From positions 1-64,000 of the IMG/VR virus record IMGVR_UViG_3300020411_004289: a stretch of DNA of 64,000 nucleotides, one strand, 5' to 3'. Shown here one piece after another: positions 20,099 to 29,383 of the stretch. Below the pieces are notes generated by a model. It was not told the origin of the DNA. It did no database searches and worked only from the letters and a program-made list of their open reading frames with translations. Source of the stretch: a virus. How positions within the stretch are numbered: the stretch's first letter is position 1; each line of letters starts with the position of its first letter. Position numbers and translations under genes: made by a program.

Positions 20099-20935
20099 AT
20101 GAAAGTAGCAATATGTTTACACGGTCTAGTAGGAAACGCAGGATCAAAGTCAGGCTATTCAGGGTCTGATCCTAGAGTACTAGATATAGCTTCTAAAAAT
20201 TATCTAAAAAACATAATTGTGCCGAACAATGCTGATGTTTTTTTACACACTTGGGATACACAACTAGAAGACGAAGTACGATCTGCGTTTTCACCTTGTG
20301 ATGCAATTTTCGAACATCAAATAGTATTTGACGTTCCTTCACATGTACGAGCGAACGGAGCACCAGATCCTGAAAAAAGAAAGCAGAATCACTATAGTCG
20401 ATGGTATTCTGTAAAGAAGTCTGTAGAACTTAAGCGAAAATGGGAAGAAAAAAACAATTTCAAGTATGATTGTGTGATGATTGGAAGGTTTGATACTTCA
20501 TGGGAAACCACCGTCGACTTTTCTTTGTTTGACATGAAAAAGAACTATACTGGTCGCTGGTGTCGCTTAATTTATCAAGGTAGAGATATCTACAACGCCG
20601 GCCGCGGCCCATTTTTTCAAATACAAGATCAGATAGACATGTCACAAGTTCAGCACACACATAAGTTTGATGGTGATGTCCCTAATCAAGGTCTTTCAGA
20701 TATCTGGTTTTTTGGAAATTCAGGGGACATGGATAAGTTTTCTTTGCTATATGATCACTTGGACACTTACACAGTTCCCGGTCAATGTCCCACCATGGAA
20801 AATACAATATCAAGTCATCGATTATCAGAATACCATCTTAAGCAAATAGGAATATACAAAAACTTAGAAAGAGTATTTCACAGATACTGTGATTTTCCTC
20901 TAGTAAGAACAAAATACTTTGGGTCAAAGAAGTAA
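20099..20935 (+). CDS. Putative glycosyltransferase of the MKVAIC.G family
   Basis: MKVAICLHG, DVFLHTW, KYDCVMIGRFD, SDIWFFGNS; this pattern is seen in viral and capsule glycan loci. Confidence 0.6.
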   Translation: MKVAICLHGLVGNAGSKSGYSGSDPRVLDIASKNYLKNIIVPNNADVFLHTWDTQLEDEVRSAFSPCDAIFEHQIVFDVPSHVRANGAPDPEKRKQNHYSRWYSVKKSVELKRKWEEKNNFKYDCVMIGRFDTSWETTVDFSLFDMKKNYTGRWCRLIYQGRDIYNAGRGPFFQIQDQIDMSQVQHTHKFDGDVPNQGLSDIWFFGNSGDMDKFSLLYDHLDTYTVPGQCPTMENTISSHRLSEYHLKQIGIYKNLERVFHRYCDFPLVRTKYFGSKK

Positions 20936-20938
20936 ATT

Positions 20939-21532
20939 ATGAAAAGCAAGACAGAAAAAAGAAAAGTAGTGATTGATGCAGGTGCACATATAGGTCAGTC
21001 TATAGACAGACTAAGAGAAAAGTTTAAGAATGACAATATTGAGATTTACTCTTTTGAGCCTCACCCAAGATGTTTCCTAGCAGCAAAAACAAGAGAAAAT
21101 GAATCAACAAAAGTTTTTAACAAAGCTGTGTGGATCGAAGACGGAACGATTGAATTCTATTGTGATTCTTTAGATATTAACACTGCTCGACCTCTCCCGG
21201 GAGAAGCATCTACGATGTTTGAGGTAAAAACAAAAGGAAGATCTCTGCCCGGGCAGTTTGACAGTAGAAGTAAAATTACAGCAAAGTCATTTGATTTCAG
21301 TAAATGGATAAAAGAAAATTTTGATAAAGAAGACTTTATTCACCTTAAAATGGACATAGAAGGTGCAGAATATCAGGTTTTAAGAAAAATGGTAGATGAT
21401 GATTCTATTTCTTTTATTAATGAGCTTGATGTAGAGTTTCACTGGGAAGCCATACAACTACCAAAAAAAGAGCATGATGAAGTCTTAGACATTCTTTCAA
21501 ATTATGATCTTTTATTGACAATTCACGAATAA
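20939..21532 (+). CDS. FkbM-family methyltransferase
   Basis: IDAGAHIG, SFEP, LKMDIEGAEY, VEFH. Confidence 0.9.
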   Translation: MKSKTEKRKVVIDAGAHIGQSIDRLREKFKNDNIEIYSFEPHPRCFLAAKTRENESTKVFNKAVWIEDGTIEFYCDSLDINTARPLPGEASTMFEVKTKGRSLPGQFDSRSKITAKSFDFSKWIKENFDKEDFIHLKMDIEGAEYQVLRKMVDDDSISFINELDVEFHWEAIQLPKKEHDEVLDILSNYDLLLTIHE

Positions 21533-21547
21533 TACAGAGGTTTATCC

Positions 21548-22984
21548 ATGGAAAGAGACATATTTTGTATCGCGACTGATAGACTAACAGTCCACAGAAT
21601 GGATCTTTACGGAGGCTACAATAAGTTTCCTAATATTGATAAAATCGCCAAAGGCGGCACTATTTTTAAGCATCCTGTTGCTTGTTCTGCTTCAACTTTG
21701 TCATGTCATGCATGTGAATGGACAGGCCTAAATCCATGGGAAATTCATGACGATATGGAGGTGCCGTATGAACACAGAAATTACGATCTTCCAATCGCCA
21801 CAAAAGAATCAATGTTTACCGACTTGATAGAGCAAGGCTATGACATTAATCTAGTCTTCATGCACAAGCCTAACAAATACTTTCCTAGTTCTTATAATCA
21901 GATAATTCCGATATTCCAAAACACAGGCGCAAAAGTGCACTGTATACCAGAGTGGGACACTCCTGAAGGATTTGGCAATAATAGAGTAAAACATATAATG
22001 TACTGTGCTAGCATTATTGAAAACAATAGAAAGTTAGGAAAAAAGACATTTGTCTGGACGAAGATCGCCGGCATGTATCAGTCGCAAAATCCAGACAAAA
22101 GTATGATTCACTTAGGGCACATTTATCACAACTATGCTAATCAGACTAGAGTTACTAGAGATGATGTTTGGCAGTGTGCAGTTGATGACGGATTAGGAAA
22201 ATTTCTAAACCACTTTGACTATGGCAAAGAGAACTCCACTTGCCCAGAAGTAATATTCGCTTCAGATCACGGTTCTTGGTATGGTGAAAGAGGTAATGTC
22301 TACTACGGTTATGATCTGCATGAAGAGATTATTAGGGTTCCTTTAGTTTCTTCTTACGGTACGAAAGATGACGGAACACGTGTAGCTGAAAATGTCATGC
22401 CTAGAGTAGTAGAAGAACCTTTTAGCATGAGAAGGTTTAGAGACTTTGTTTCTGAAAAATACCGTCCAGTAAAAGATGCTGAAGAGTTTGTCTATGCAGA
22501 AACTCTTTTTCCAGGACAAGTAGCAAATCAACCAGGTCAAAAATACTCAAAAGCAAAGTCAAGCATCCGCTGGGGAAAATACAAGTACATATACAACCCA
22601 TTTGGCGAAGATGGAATGTCTGCTCATCCTACAGAAGAATTATACGATATAGACTACGACCCACATGAAAAGTTTAACTTAGCAAAATATGCCGACGAAT
22701 GGATCGATTGTTCTCGATCTCAAGCAACAGTTGCATGCGACGGAAAGAGTGGTTTAAGATTTTGTGATGTGTTATCTAGATTTCACAGTGACATAGAAAT
22801 TGTCAAAAGAGAAGAAGACCCGCCCGAAGCTGCTCATTGTGTTAAAAAGAATCCTAACGAATCCGGATCAGGAGAGCGGACTGGCTGGGGTGAGGTATCA
22901 AATATTCTGAACATTCTTAGACAAAAGATTAAAGTTTTATGGTACAGTACAGGCCGCGAAAGCGCTTATAGGGAAATATCATGA
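21548..22984 (+). CDS. Alkaline-phosphatase/sulfatase superfamily protein
   Basis: IATDRL, PNIDKIAKGG..F, STLSCHACEWTG, FASDHG, LHEEIIRVPL, KYKYI, ELYDI..DPHEKFNL. Confidence 0.8.
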   Translation: MERDIFCIATDRLTVHRMDLYGGYNKFPNIDKIAKGGTIFKHPVACSASTLSCHACEWTGLNPWEIHDDMEVPYEHRNYDLPIATKESMFTDLIEQGYDINLVFMHKPNKYFPSSYNQIIPIFQNTGAKVHCIPEWDTPEGFGNNRVKHIMYCASIIENNRKLGKKTFVWTKIAGMYQSQNPDKSMIHLGHIYHNYANQTRVTRDDVWQCAVDDGLGKFLNHFDYGKENSTCPEVIFASDHGSWYGERGNVYYGYDLHEEIIRVPLVSSYGTKDDGTRVAENVMPRVVEEPFSMRRFRDFVSEKYRPVKDAEEFVYAETLFPGQVANQPGQKYSKAKSSIRWGKYKYIYNPFGEDGMSAHPTEELYDIDYDPHEKFNLAKYADEWIDCSRSQATVACDGKSGLRFCDVLSRFHSDIEIVKREEDPPEAAHCVKKNPNESGSGERTGWGEVSNILNILRQKIKVLWYSTGRESAYREIS

Positions 22985-24294
22985 AGGAAAAAACACCTTT
23001 TAAGACTGTTTACGTTGGAATGTGTGCTGACTTGCTTCATGAGGGTCATCTAAACATTCTTAAACATGCCAGAAGTCTTGGAAGTGTAACTGTAGGAATT
23101 CTTACTGATGAAGCGGTTGCTTCTTACAAAAGGGTACCAACTCAAAACTTTAATGCAAGATGTACAATTGTTGAGAGTCTAAGATACGTTGAAAATGTAA
23201 TACCCCAATCTTCCTTAAGCTATGTTGACAACTTAAGACTAGTCAAGCCTGACTATGTCGTTCATGGAGATGACTGGAAGACAGGGGTGCAGCAAAAAAT
23301 ACGCAAAGAAGTAATAGAAACGCTAGCAGAATGGGAAGGAGAATTAGTAGAAGTGCCCTACACTCCAGGGATATCATCTACGCAGCTAAACAATAAAGTA
23401 AGAATGCTAGGTACTACCCCCGGTGACAGGCTTAAAAAACTCGGAATTCTGCTCAAAAATAAAAATATTGTTAGAGCTATTGAGACTCACAACGGGCTCA
23501 CAGGTCTAATTGCCGAAAAAACAAAAGCTGCACACAATGGCGAGCCTAGAGAGTTCGATGCAATGTGGCTTAGTAGTCTAACACACTCAGCATCAAAAGG
23601 CAAGCCAGACATACAGTATGTCGATATTACATTAATGTCACAAACTATTGGTGAAATATTCGACATTACCTCTAAGCCTATGATAGTAGATGCGGATAGT
23701 GGAGGCTTAAACGAGCATTTTAAATTGATGGTAAAAACTTTAGAGCGTTTAGGCGTATCTGCTGTTATTATTGAAGACAAGACAGGCGTGAAGAGAAATT
23801 CTTTGTTCGGAACTTCAGTCCCACAAACTCAAGAGACAATAGAGAAATTTTCAGAAAAGATAGCAGAAGGAAAGAGAGCTCAGGTATCAAGCGACTTTAT
23901 GATTATTGCTAGAATTGAAAGTCTAATACTGGGTAAAGGACAAGAAGATGCTCTAAAAAGAGCAGATGCTTACGTTAAGGCTGGCGCTGATGCAATCATG
24001 ATTCATAGTAAGTCTGATACTCCGCAAGAAATCCTAGACTTCATTGCCACATTTAGAAAGGAAGACACTTATACACCAATTATAGTTGTACCCTCTACAT
24101 ACAATACCATTACCGAGACTGAATTACAACTTGCCGGCGCAAACTTAGTAATATATGCAAATCACCTTCTTAGAAGCGCATATCCAGCAATGCTAAATAC
24201 AGCAAAGAAAATTCTGGAAAATGAACGTTCTTTTGAAGCAAACGATCAGTGTTTGTCAATTAAGGAAATTATTCGTCTTATAGGTGACTTTTAA
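22981..24294 (+). CDS. pepM: Cytidylyltransferase-phosphoenolpyruvate mutase fusion (Fom1/AepX architecture)
   Basis: N-terminal DLLHEGH (HxGH), VHGDDW, ISST. C-terminal PEP mutase with DADSGG, the diagnostic EDKTGVKRNS (EDKx5NS), ARIES, GADAIMIHS and IYANHLLR. Confidence 0.95.
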   Translation: MKEKTPFKTVYVGMCADLLHEGHLNILKHARSLGSVTVGILTDEAVASYKRVPTQNFNARCTIVESLRYVENVIPQSSLSYVDNLRLVKPDYVVHGDDWKTGVQQKIRKEVIETLAEWEGELVEVPYTPGISSTQLNNKVRMLGTTPGDRLKKLGILLKNKNIVRAIETHNGLTGLIAEKTKAAHNGEPREFDAMWLSSLTHSASKGKPDIQYVDITLMSQTIGEIFDITSKPMIVDADSGGLNEHFKLMVKTLERLGVSAVIIEDKTGVKRNSLFGTSVPQTQETIEKFSEKIAEGKRAQVSSDFMIIARIESLILGKGQEDALKRADAYVKAGADAIMIHSKSDTPQEILDFIATFRKEDTYTPIIVVPSTYNTITETELQLAGANLVIYANHLLRSAYPAMLNTAKKILENERSFEANDQCLSIKEIIRLIGDF

Positions 24295-24295
24295 C

Positions 24296-24709
24296 ATGGA
24301 GTGCAGTATAAAAGAACTAAGTTGCATAGACACAGTGAGTAACAGCAATTTTTTTACCGGTGTGCCTGACAGTCTTTTAAGTGAATTTATAAAGACAATT
24401 GACGAAAAGAAGAATGTAGTTCACGTGCCGGCGGTAAATGAAGCACATGCAGTATCTATTGCATTCGGAGCAATGCTCACCGGAAATGATGCATGTGTAT
24501 ATCTTCAAAATTCAGGCTTAGGAAATATTGTCAACCCAATTACTAGTTTGTGTATGCCGTCTAATGTTTTTCCATTTTTAATAATCGGACACAGACATAC
24601 CCTGGCGCAACATAAAGTCATGGGAGAGATTGATAAAGATTTGATGCAGCTCTTGAAGTACCCAGAAGATCGATATGTGATAGTTTCTGGAGGGAACAAT
24701 GAAAAGTAG
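24296..24709 (+). CDS. ppd: Phosphonopyruvate decarboxylase, N-terminal (alpha) subunit
   Basis: FFTGVPDSLL, NEAHAV, YLQNSGLGNIVNPITSL, QHKVMG; adjacent to pepM. Confidence 0.85.
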   Translation: MECSIKELSCIDTVSNSNFFTGVPDSLLSEFIKTIDEKKNVVHVPAVNEAHAVSIAFGAMLTGNDACVYLQNSGLGNIVNPITSLCMPSNVFPFLIIGHRHTLAQHKVMGEIDKDLMQLLKYPEDRYVIVSGGNNEK

Positions 24710-25169
24710 AAAGCAAGCCCTATCAGATATTTTTGAAAAGCATGGTAGTAGCTCTATTTACGTAACATCCACTGGCTATATCTCTAGAGCAACATATGAT
24801 CTTTTAAAAGACGAAAATTGTATATTTTACATGAACGGGAGCATGGGACTGGCTCCAGGAATTGGTATAGGTTTAGCACTTAATACAGAAAAAGATGTAG
24901 TTGTAATATCTGGAGATGCATCTCTGTTAATGCATTTAGGGTTGACACATACTGTAAGAGATTTGAATTTACAGAATCTGCATGTTTATATCTTGGACAA
25001 CAATTGCCATGAGTCTGTAGGGGCTCAACCATGTTCAGCTTTAGAAAAAAGCTATCCAGGCATAACACAGATAGTACCGATTAATCGTGAAGGCAAAACA
25101 CCAAGGGTAGGAATTACTTTTGAAGAAAATGTCAAACAAATAAAAATAGCATTGCATTCAGGAAACTAG
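24699..25169 (+). CDS. ppd: Phosphonopyruvate decarboxylase, ThDP-binding (beta) subunit
   Basis: STGYISR, FYMNGSMG, GDASLLMHLG...LDNNCHESVGAQP (GDx...NN ThDP motif). Confidence 0.85.
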   Translation: MKSRKQALSDIFEKHGSSSIYVTSTGYISRATYDLLKDENCIFYMNGSMGLAPGIGIGLALNTEKDVVVISGDASLLMHLGLTHTVRDLNLQNLHVYILDNNCHESVGAQPCSALEKSYPGITQIVPINREGKTPRVGITFEENVKQIKIALHSGN

Positions 25170-25171
25170 AC

Positions 25172-25948
25172 ATGTTTTTAGTTTGTTCCAAGTCCACTAG
25201 AAAATTTTTTCCTGACATAGAAAATGTAAAAATTGTTTCCGGAAAACTAGATACCAGCATCTTAAGAGAAGAGAATACACAATGTGATGTAATAGCATGT
25301 GGTGGAGGAACTGTTATTGATGCAGCAAAAATTATATCTAGTGATCCGATAACATGTTACCCAACCACTGCAGCCGGCTCTTCTAGCACTGAGCATTCAG
25401 TTATATGGGATGGTGCTCAAAAAAAATCCATCAAGTGCAGCATTCCTAAGAAGGTTATTGTAGAGCCTAATTTTTTAGAAAACATTCCTAGTGATGTACT
25501 TTTTGAAACTAGAGTTGATGTTGTATCACACTGTTTTGATTCGCTTTACTCCAAGCAATCGTGCAAAGAAAGTGAAAAGTACATTTATATGGCATTGGAG
25601 ATTTTAGAAAACAAAAAAGGGACGAATGCTGATTTAGTTCAAGCAGGAAATCTTGCTGGAAAAGCAATACAAATAACGCCTACAACAATTCTACATTCTC
25701 TTTCTTATCCTTTGACCGGAAGATACGGAATTAGCCATGGAAAAGCAATGTCGTTTTTTCTACCTCAGCTTTCTGAGTACAAAGGGTTTGATTATAAAAA
25801 ATACATTAGTGGAAATTTTTACTCTGTTCCAAAAAACATAGACATGGACTCATGTCTAGCTGAATCACTGTCATATAGTAAGTTACACAATTTTTTATTT
25901 GAAACAGAGAACGACATACAAAATATCAAAGGAATACTTCGATTATGA
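25172..25948 (+). CDS. Group III (Fe) alcohol dehydrogenase, probable phosphonoacetaldehyde reductase (FomC/PhpC-like)
   Basis: GGGTVIDAAK, PTTAAGS, D..SH, HSLSYPLT..YGISHG metal ligands; position directly after ppd. Confidence 0.85.
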   Translation: MFLVCSKSTRKFFPDIENVKIVSGKLDTSILREENTQCDVIACGGGTVIDAAKIISSDPITCYPTTAAGSSSTEHSVIWDGAQKKSIKCSIPKKVIVEPNFLENIPSDVLFETRVDVVSHCFDSLYSKQSCKESEKYIYMALEILENKKGTNADLVQAGNLAGKAIQITPTTILHSLSYPLTGRYGISHGKAMSFFLPQLSEYKGFDYKKYISGNFYSVPKNIDMDSCLAESLSYSKLHNFLFETENDIQNIKGILRL

Positions 25949-27465
25949 AAAAGATCTGTCTTGTTATACCTCCGTCTCCTTTTTTGCTAGATGAGAGAGT
26001 TTTTGTACAATTAGGAGTATTAAAGATCGCTGCAGTTCTAGAAGAAGAAAATATTGGCGTTGATGTACTAGATCTGAATGGCGTGGAAAACTTCTTAGAT
26101 GCTTTAGAAGATTATATCGTAACCCACAGTGAAACACATGTGTTTGGAATTACAGCAACTACCCCTCAAATGCCTCATGCAGTTCAAATAAACAACAGAA
26201 TAAAGACTATCAATAAATCACTCAAGACAATTATAGGTGGCCCTCATGTGACTTTAATGCATGCAGCTGCAAAAAGAGAAAAAGCAAAAATAAATGCAGG
26301 GAGTTTGCGTGCCACAAAAGAAGTAGAAAATATTAGTCGTCTATTTGATGTTTTGGTTTGTGGTGACGGAGAATTAGCGATAACCAAAGCGATGGATATC
26401 GATACCGGTGTCATCGATGCAGATGATAGAAAGAGTGAACTGTTTCTTTCTAGAAACAAGCTTAAAGAAATGCCAATGCCGGCACGTCACTTAGTAGATC
26501 TAGACTCATATCATTACGAAATCGAAGGCCACAGGGCGACTAGCTTAATAGCACAACTAGGTTGTCCGTTTCAGTGTACGTTTTGTAGTGGAAGAAACTC
26601 ACCTTTCTTAAGAAATATTCGAGTACGCCCTGTAGATTTAATCGTAGAAGAAGTCAAGAGACTACATTTAGAGTACGGCTATACCGGCTTTATGTTTTAT
26701 GATGATGAACTAAATGTCAACAAAAAGCTAATGATTCAGTTAATGAACAAGGTATCAGATCTTCAAGATAATCTAGGTGTTGACTTTAGATTAAGAGGTT
26801 TTGTAAAAGCTGAGCTTTTTACAGAAGAACAAGCCAAGGCAATGTACCGAGCCGGCTTTAGATGGCTACTAACAGGCTTTGAGTCGGGCGATGATAGAAT
26901 ACTAGACAACATAAAAAAGCGTGCATCCAAAGAAGACAATACAAGGTGTGTTGAGATCGCAAAAAACAATAACCTTAAAGTAAAAGCTCTGATGTCAATA
27001 GGACATGCCGGCGAAAGCAGAGAATCTATCGCCAATACACAGCAATGGCTACTCGATGTCGAGCCAGATGACTTTGACTGCACTATAATAACGACATACC
27101 CAGGGTCTCCATACTTTGATGAAGCAATAAAGACAGGAAATCACTACACATATACTTCAGATGTGTCTGGCGATAAGCTTTATCAAGCACCGCTAGATTA
27201 TTTGGTTGAACTGGACTACTATAAGGGTGATCCCGACGGCGGCTACGTTTCTTATGTGTGGACTGACCATGTTTCACAAGAAGAGTTGGTTAGTGAAAGA
27301 GACAAGCTGGAAAAAACTGTAAGAGAAAAACTAAACATTCGCTTTAATCCTGCGCGCCCCGGAATAAAGTACGAACATTCAATGGGAATGGGAAATACAC
27401 AGCTTCCAGCTAGCATTCTAAGATCTTCTATGAACGATCTAAGCAATGAACAAAAAGGAAAATAG
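25945..27465 (+). CDS. Cobalamin-binding radical SAM enzyme (class B methyltransferase-like)
   Basis: N-terminal B12-binding domain (LG...IAAVL, IIGGPHVT, GDGE), GCPFQCTFC (CxxxCxxC), FYDDELN, GFESG, YPGSP. Confidence 0.9.
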   Translation: MKKICLVIPPSPFLLDERVFVQLGVLKIAAVLEEENIGVDVLDLNGVENFLDALEDYIVTHSETHVFGITATTPQMPHAVQINNRIKTINKSLKTIIGGPHVTLMHAAAKREKAKINAGSLRATKEVENISRLFDVLVCGDGELAITKAMDIDTGVIDADDRKSELFLSRNKLKEMPMPARHLVDLDSYHYEIEGHRATSLIAQLGCPFQCTFCSGRNSPFLRNIRVRPVDLIVEEVKRLHLEYGYTGFMFYDDELNVNKKLMIQLMNKVSDLQDNLGVDFRLRGFVKAELFTEEQAKAMYRAGFRWLLTGFESGDDRILDNIKKRASKEDNTRCVEIAKNNNLKVKALMSIGHAGESRESIANTQQWLLDVEPDDFDCTIITTYPGSPYFDEAIKTGNHYTYTSDVSGDKLYQAPLDYLVELDYYKGDPDGGYVSYVWTDHVSQEELVSERDKLEKTVREKLNIRFNPARPGIKYEHSMGMGNTQLPASILRSSMNDLSNEQKGK

Positions 27466-27467
27466 AA

Positions 27468-28517
27468 ATGAAAATATTCTTAGAAACATACGACCAGAGA
27501 TACGGAGATAGAATTGCGTTTTTAGGCACGATTCAGAATCAGCTAAGTGATCATCACGATATTATGTTTGTTAGTTCGTACGAAGAAGCAGACATTCTTA
27601 TGAGTCAGCAGGTTTCTTATTTGCCCAATCTAGACTTCTGTCTTAACCAAAAAAAGCCTGTCATAATCATTGAGGTAAATGACTCTGCTTCAATTAAAAA
27701 TAATGAAATGAGAAAAGCAATAAAAAATCCAGTTGTAAAAGGGTTTTTTAAAGTAACCAATTTCAAAGATATCGAAAATCACAACAAACCTACTACAGGT
27801 GAGAGATACCATGCAAATTTCATAAATCAGCATGCAAACTTAGGAGAGGTCAAAGAGCATATCGTAAAATTTACAGACGAAGAGCTTCTAAAAATTCAGT
27901 GTGCATCGCCATCTTTTCTGAACTTTAGAATGGATCAGGTTAGAAAAGCAGATGGACTAGCTAACAGTAACAGACCTATTGATGTAAATTTTGCAGGTAC
28001 AACAGACTATACAAAAAATAAAAATTATGTCAATCTACCTGAAGGTGATCCTAAGCTAGCCTTACCACTACTAATCGGCATGCATAGAAAATGGGCAATC
28101 TCAGAGATTGTAGACGCAACAAAAGATCAAAACTTAAAGTCAATAATTGTAGATCATAAACCAATGTCACAACCTGAGTATTGGAACTCTCTTTATAGTT
28201 CTAAGGTGTGTATTTCTCCATGGGGATTTGGGGCTTATAACTGGAGAGATTATGAGGCAATCTATTTGGGCGCTTTGCTAGTAAAGCCTAATACTGACTT
28301 TCTAGAGACATATTGCGATCTCTTTAGAGCCGGCGAAAACTATGTTGAATGCGATCAAAATTTTGCTAATCTTCAATCCGTTTTAAAAGATTGTCTAGAA
28401 AATTATAATGATTATACACCCATAAGAGAGAATGCTCTTAAGACTCTAAATGATCATCACGATATAGAAAAAATAGCCGCAAGGTTTGCAAAACAATTAG
28501 GCAATTGTCTAAAGTAA
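27468..28517 (+). CDS. GT-B glycosyltransferase-like protein
   Basis: RPIDVNFAG; SKVCISPWGFG...RDYEAIYLGALLVKP (exostosin/Glyco_trans_1_2-type C-terminus). Confidence 0.7.
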   Translation: MKIFLETYDQRYGDRIAFLGTIQNQLSDHHDIMFVSSYEEADILMSQQVSYLPNLDFCLNQKKPVIIIEVNDSASIKNNEMRKAIKNPVVKGFFKVTNFKDIENHNKPTTGERYHANFINQHANLGEVKEHIVKFTDEELLKIQCASPSFLNFRMDQVRKADGLANSNRPIDVNFAGTTDYTKNKNYVNLPEGDPKLALPLLIGMHRKWAISEIVDATKDQNLKSIIVDHKPMSQPEYWNSLYSSKVCISPWGFGAYNWRDYEAIYLGALLVKPNTDFLETYCDLFRAGENYVECDQNFANLQSVLKDCLENYNDYTPIRENALKTLNDHHDIEKIAARFAKQLGNCLK

Positions 28518-28540
28518 CCAAGTTAGGAGGTAACGTTACG

Positions 28541-29383
28541 ATGTATAACATTGGAATTATCGGCCATGGATTTGTAGGCACAGCAATCGTACATGGATTT
28601 TCTTTACATGCAAATATAAAAATATACGACAAGGATGCAACTAAGTCGACTCACTCACTAGAAGAAGTAGTAAATAGTTCAGATTTTGTCTTTATTGGAG
28701 TGCCGACTCCTATGACTAATGTATTGGGTGGAAAAATAGACTTGTCTATAATGGACAGTGTAATGTCAGAAATTAACGACCTACACAAAGGAAATGACAC
28801 CGTCTTTATTATTAAGTCAACAGTTGTCCCAGGAACAGTTGAAAAATATATTGAGATGTACCCGAACCTAGAGATTGCTTTTAATCCTGAGTTTCTAACT
28901 GAGCGAGCTGCCCGTCTAGACTTTATTAATACAGCTAGAATAGTAATAGGCGGATCTGAAAGCACTTGTCAAAAAGTAGAAGATCTTTACAGAGTAAGAT
29001 TTCCTTATACGAAAATTATTAAGACTGATCCTGCCACAGCACAGTTTATAAAATACATGGCTAACTGTTTTTTTGCTACAAAGGTATCGTTTATGAACGA
29101 AATGAGGCAAGCAGCAAATAAGCTAGGGTGTGACTGGGATGATACTATGGAAGGTTTCATAACAGATGGTAGAATTGGAAATTCACATTTAGACGTTCCT
29201 GGGCATGATGGTCATTGTGGTTTCGGGGGAAAATGCTTCCCAAAAGATTTAAATGCGTTTATTTCTCTTTTTGAGTCTATAGGAATAGATCCACTAGTCA
29301 TGAAAGCAGCCTGGGAAAAGAATTTAGAAGTTAGAAAAGAGTTAGACTGGAATTCAATTGAAGGAGCGGTTTCAAAGAAATGA
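28541..29383 (+). CDS. ugd: UDP-glucose/GDP-mannose 6-dehydrogenase family, short form
   Basis: IGHGFVG, VPTP, IKSTVVPGT, NPEFL, KYMAN, GFGGKCFPKD. AGGAGG RBS before ATG 28541. Confidence 0.9.
   Translation: MYNIGIIGHGFVGTAIVHGFSLHANIKIYDKDATKSTHSLEEVVNSSDFVFIGVPTPMTNVLGGKIDLSIMDSVMSEINDLHKGNDTVFIIKSTVVPGTVEKYIEMYPNLEIAFNPEFLTERAARLDFINTARIVIGGSESTCQKVEDLYRVRFPYTKIIKTDPATAQFIKYMANCFFATKVSFMNEMRQAANKLGCDWDDTMEGFITDGRIGNSHLDVPGHDGHCGFGGKCFPKDLNAFISLFESIGIDPLVMKAAWEKNLEVRKELDWNSIEGAVSKK

Noticed and set aside
24296-25169. Coenzyme M sulfopyruvate decarboxylase (comDE)
   Set aside because: The two-subunit layout is similar, but the position between pepM and an Fe-ADH favours phosphonopyruvate decarboxylase. 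Not fully excluded without an assay.
22981-27465. Complete fosfomycin (antibiotic) gene cluster
   Set aside because: No recognisable Fom4 epoxidase, FomD, FomA/FomB kinases or exporter. The only cupin (16400) has clear PMI type II motifs. The context is glycosyltransferases.
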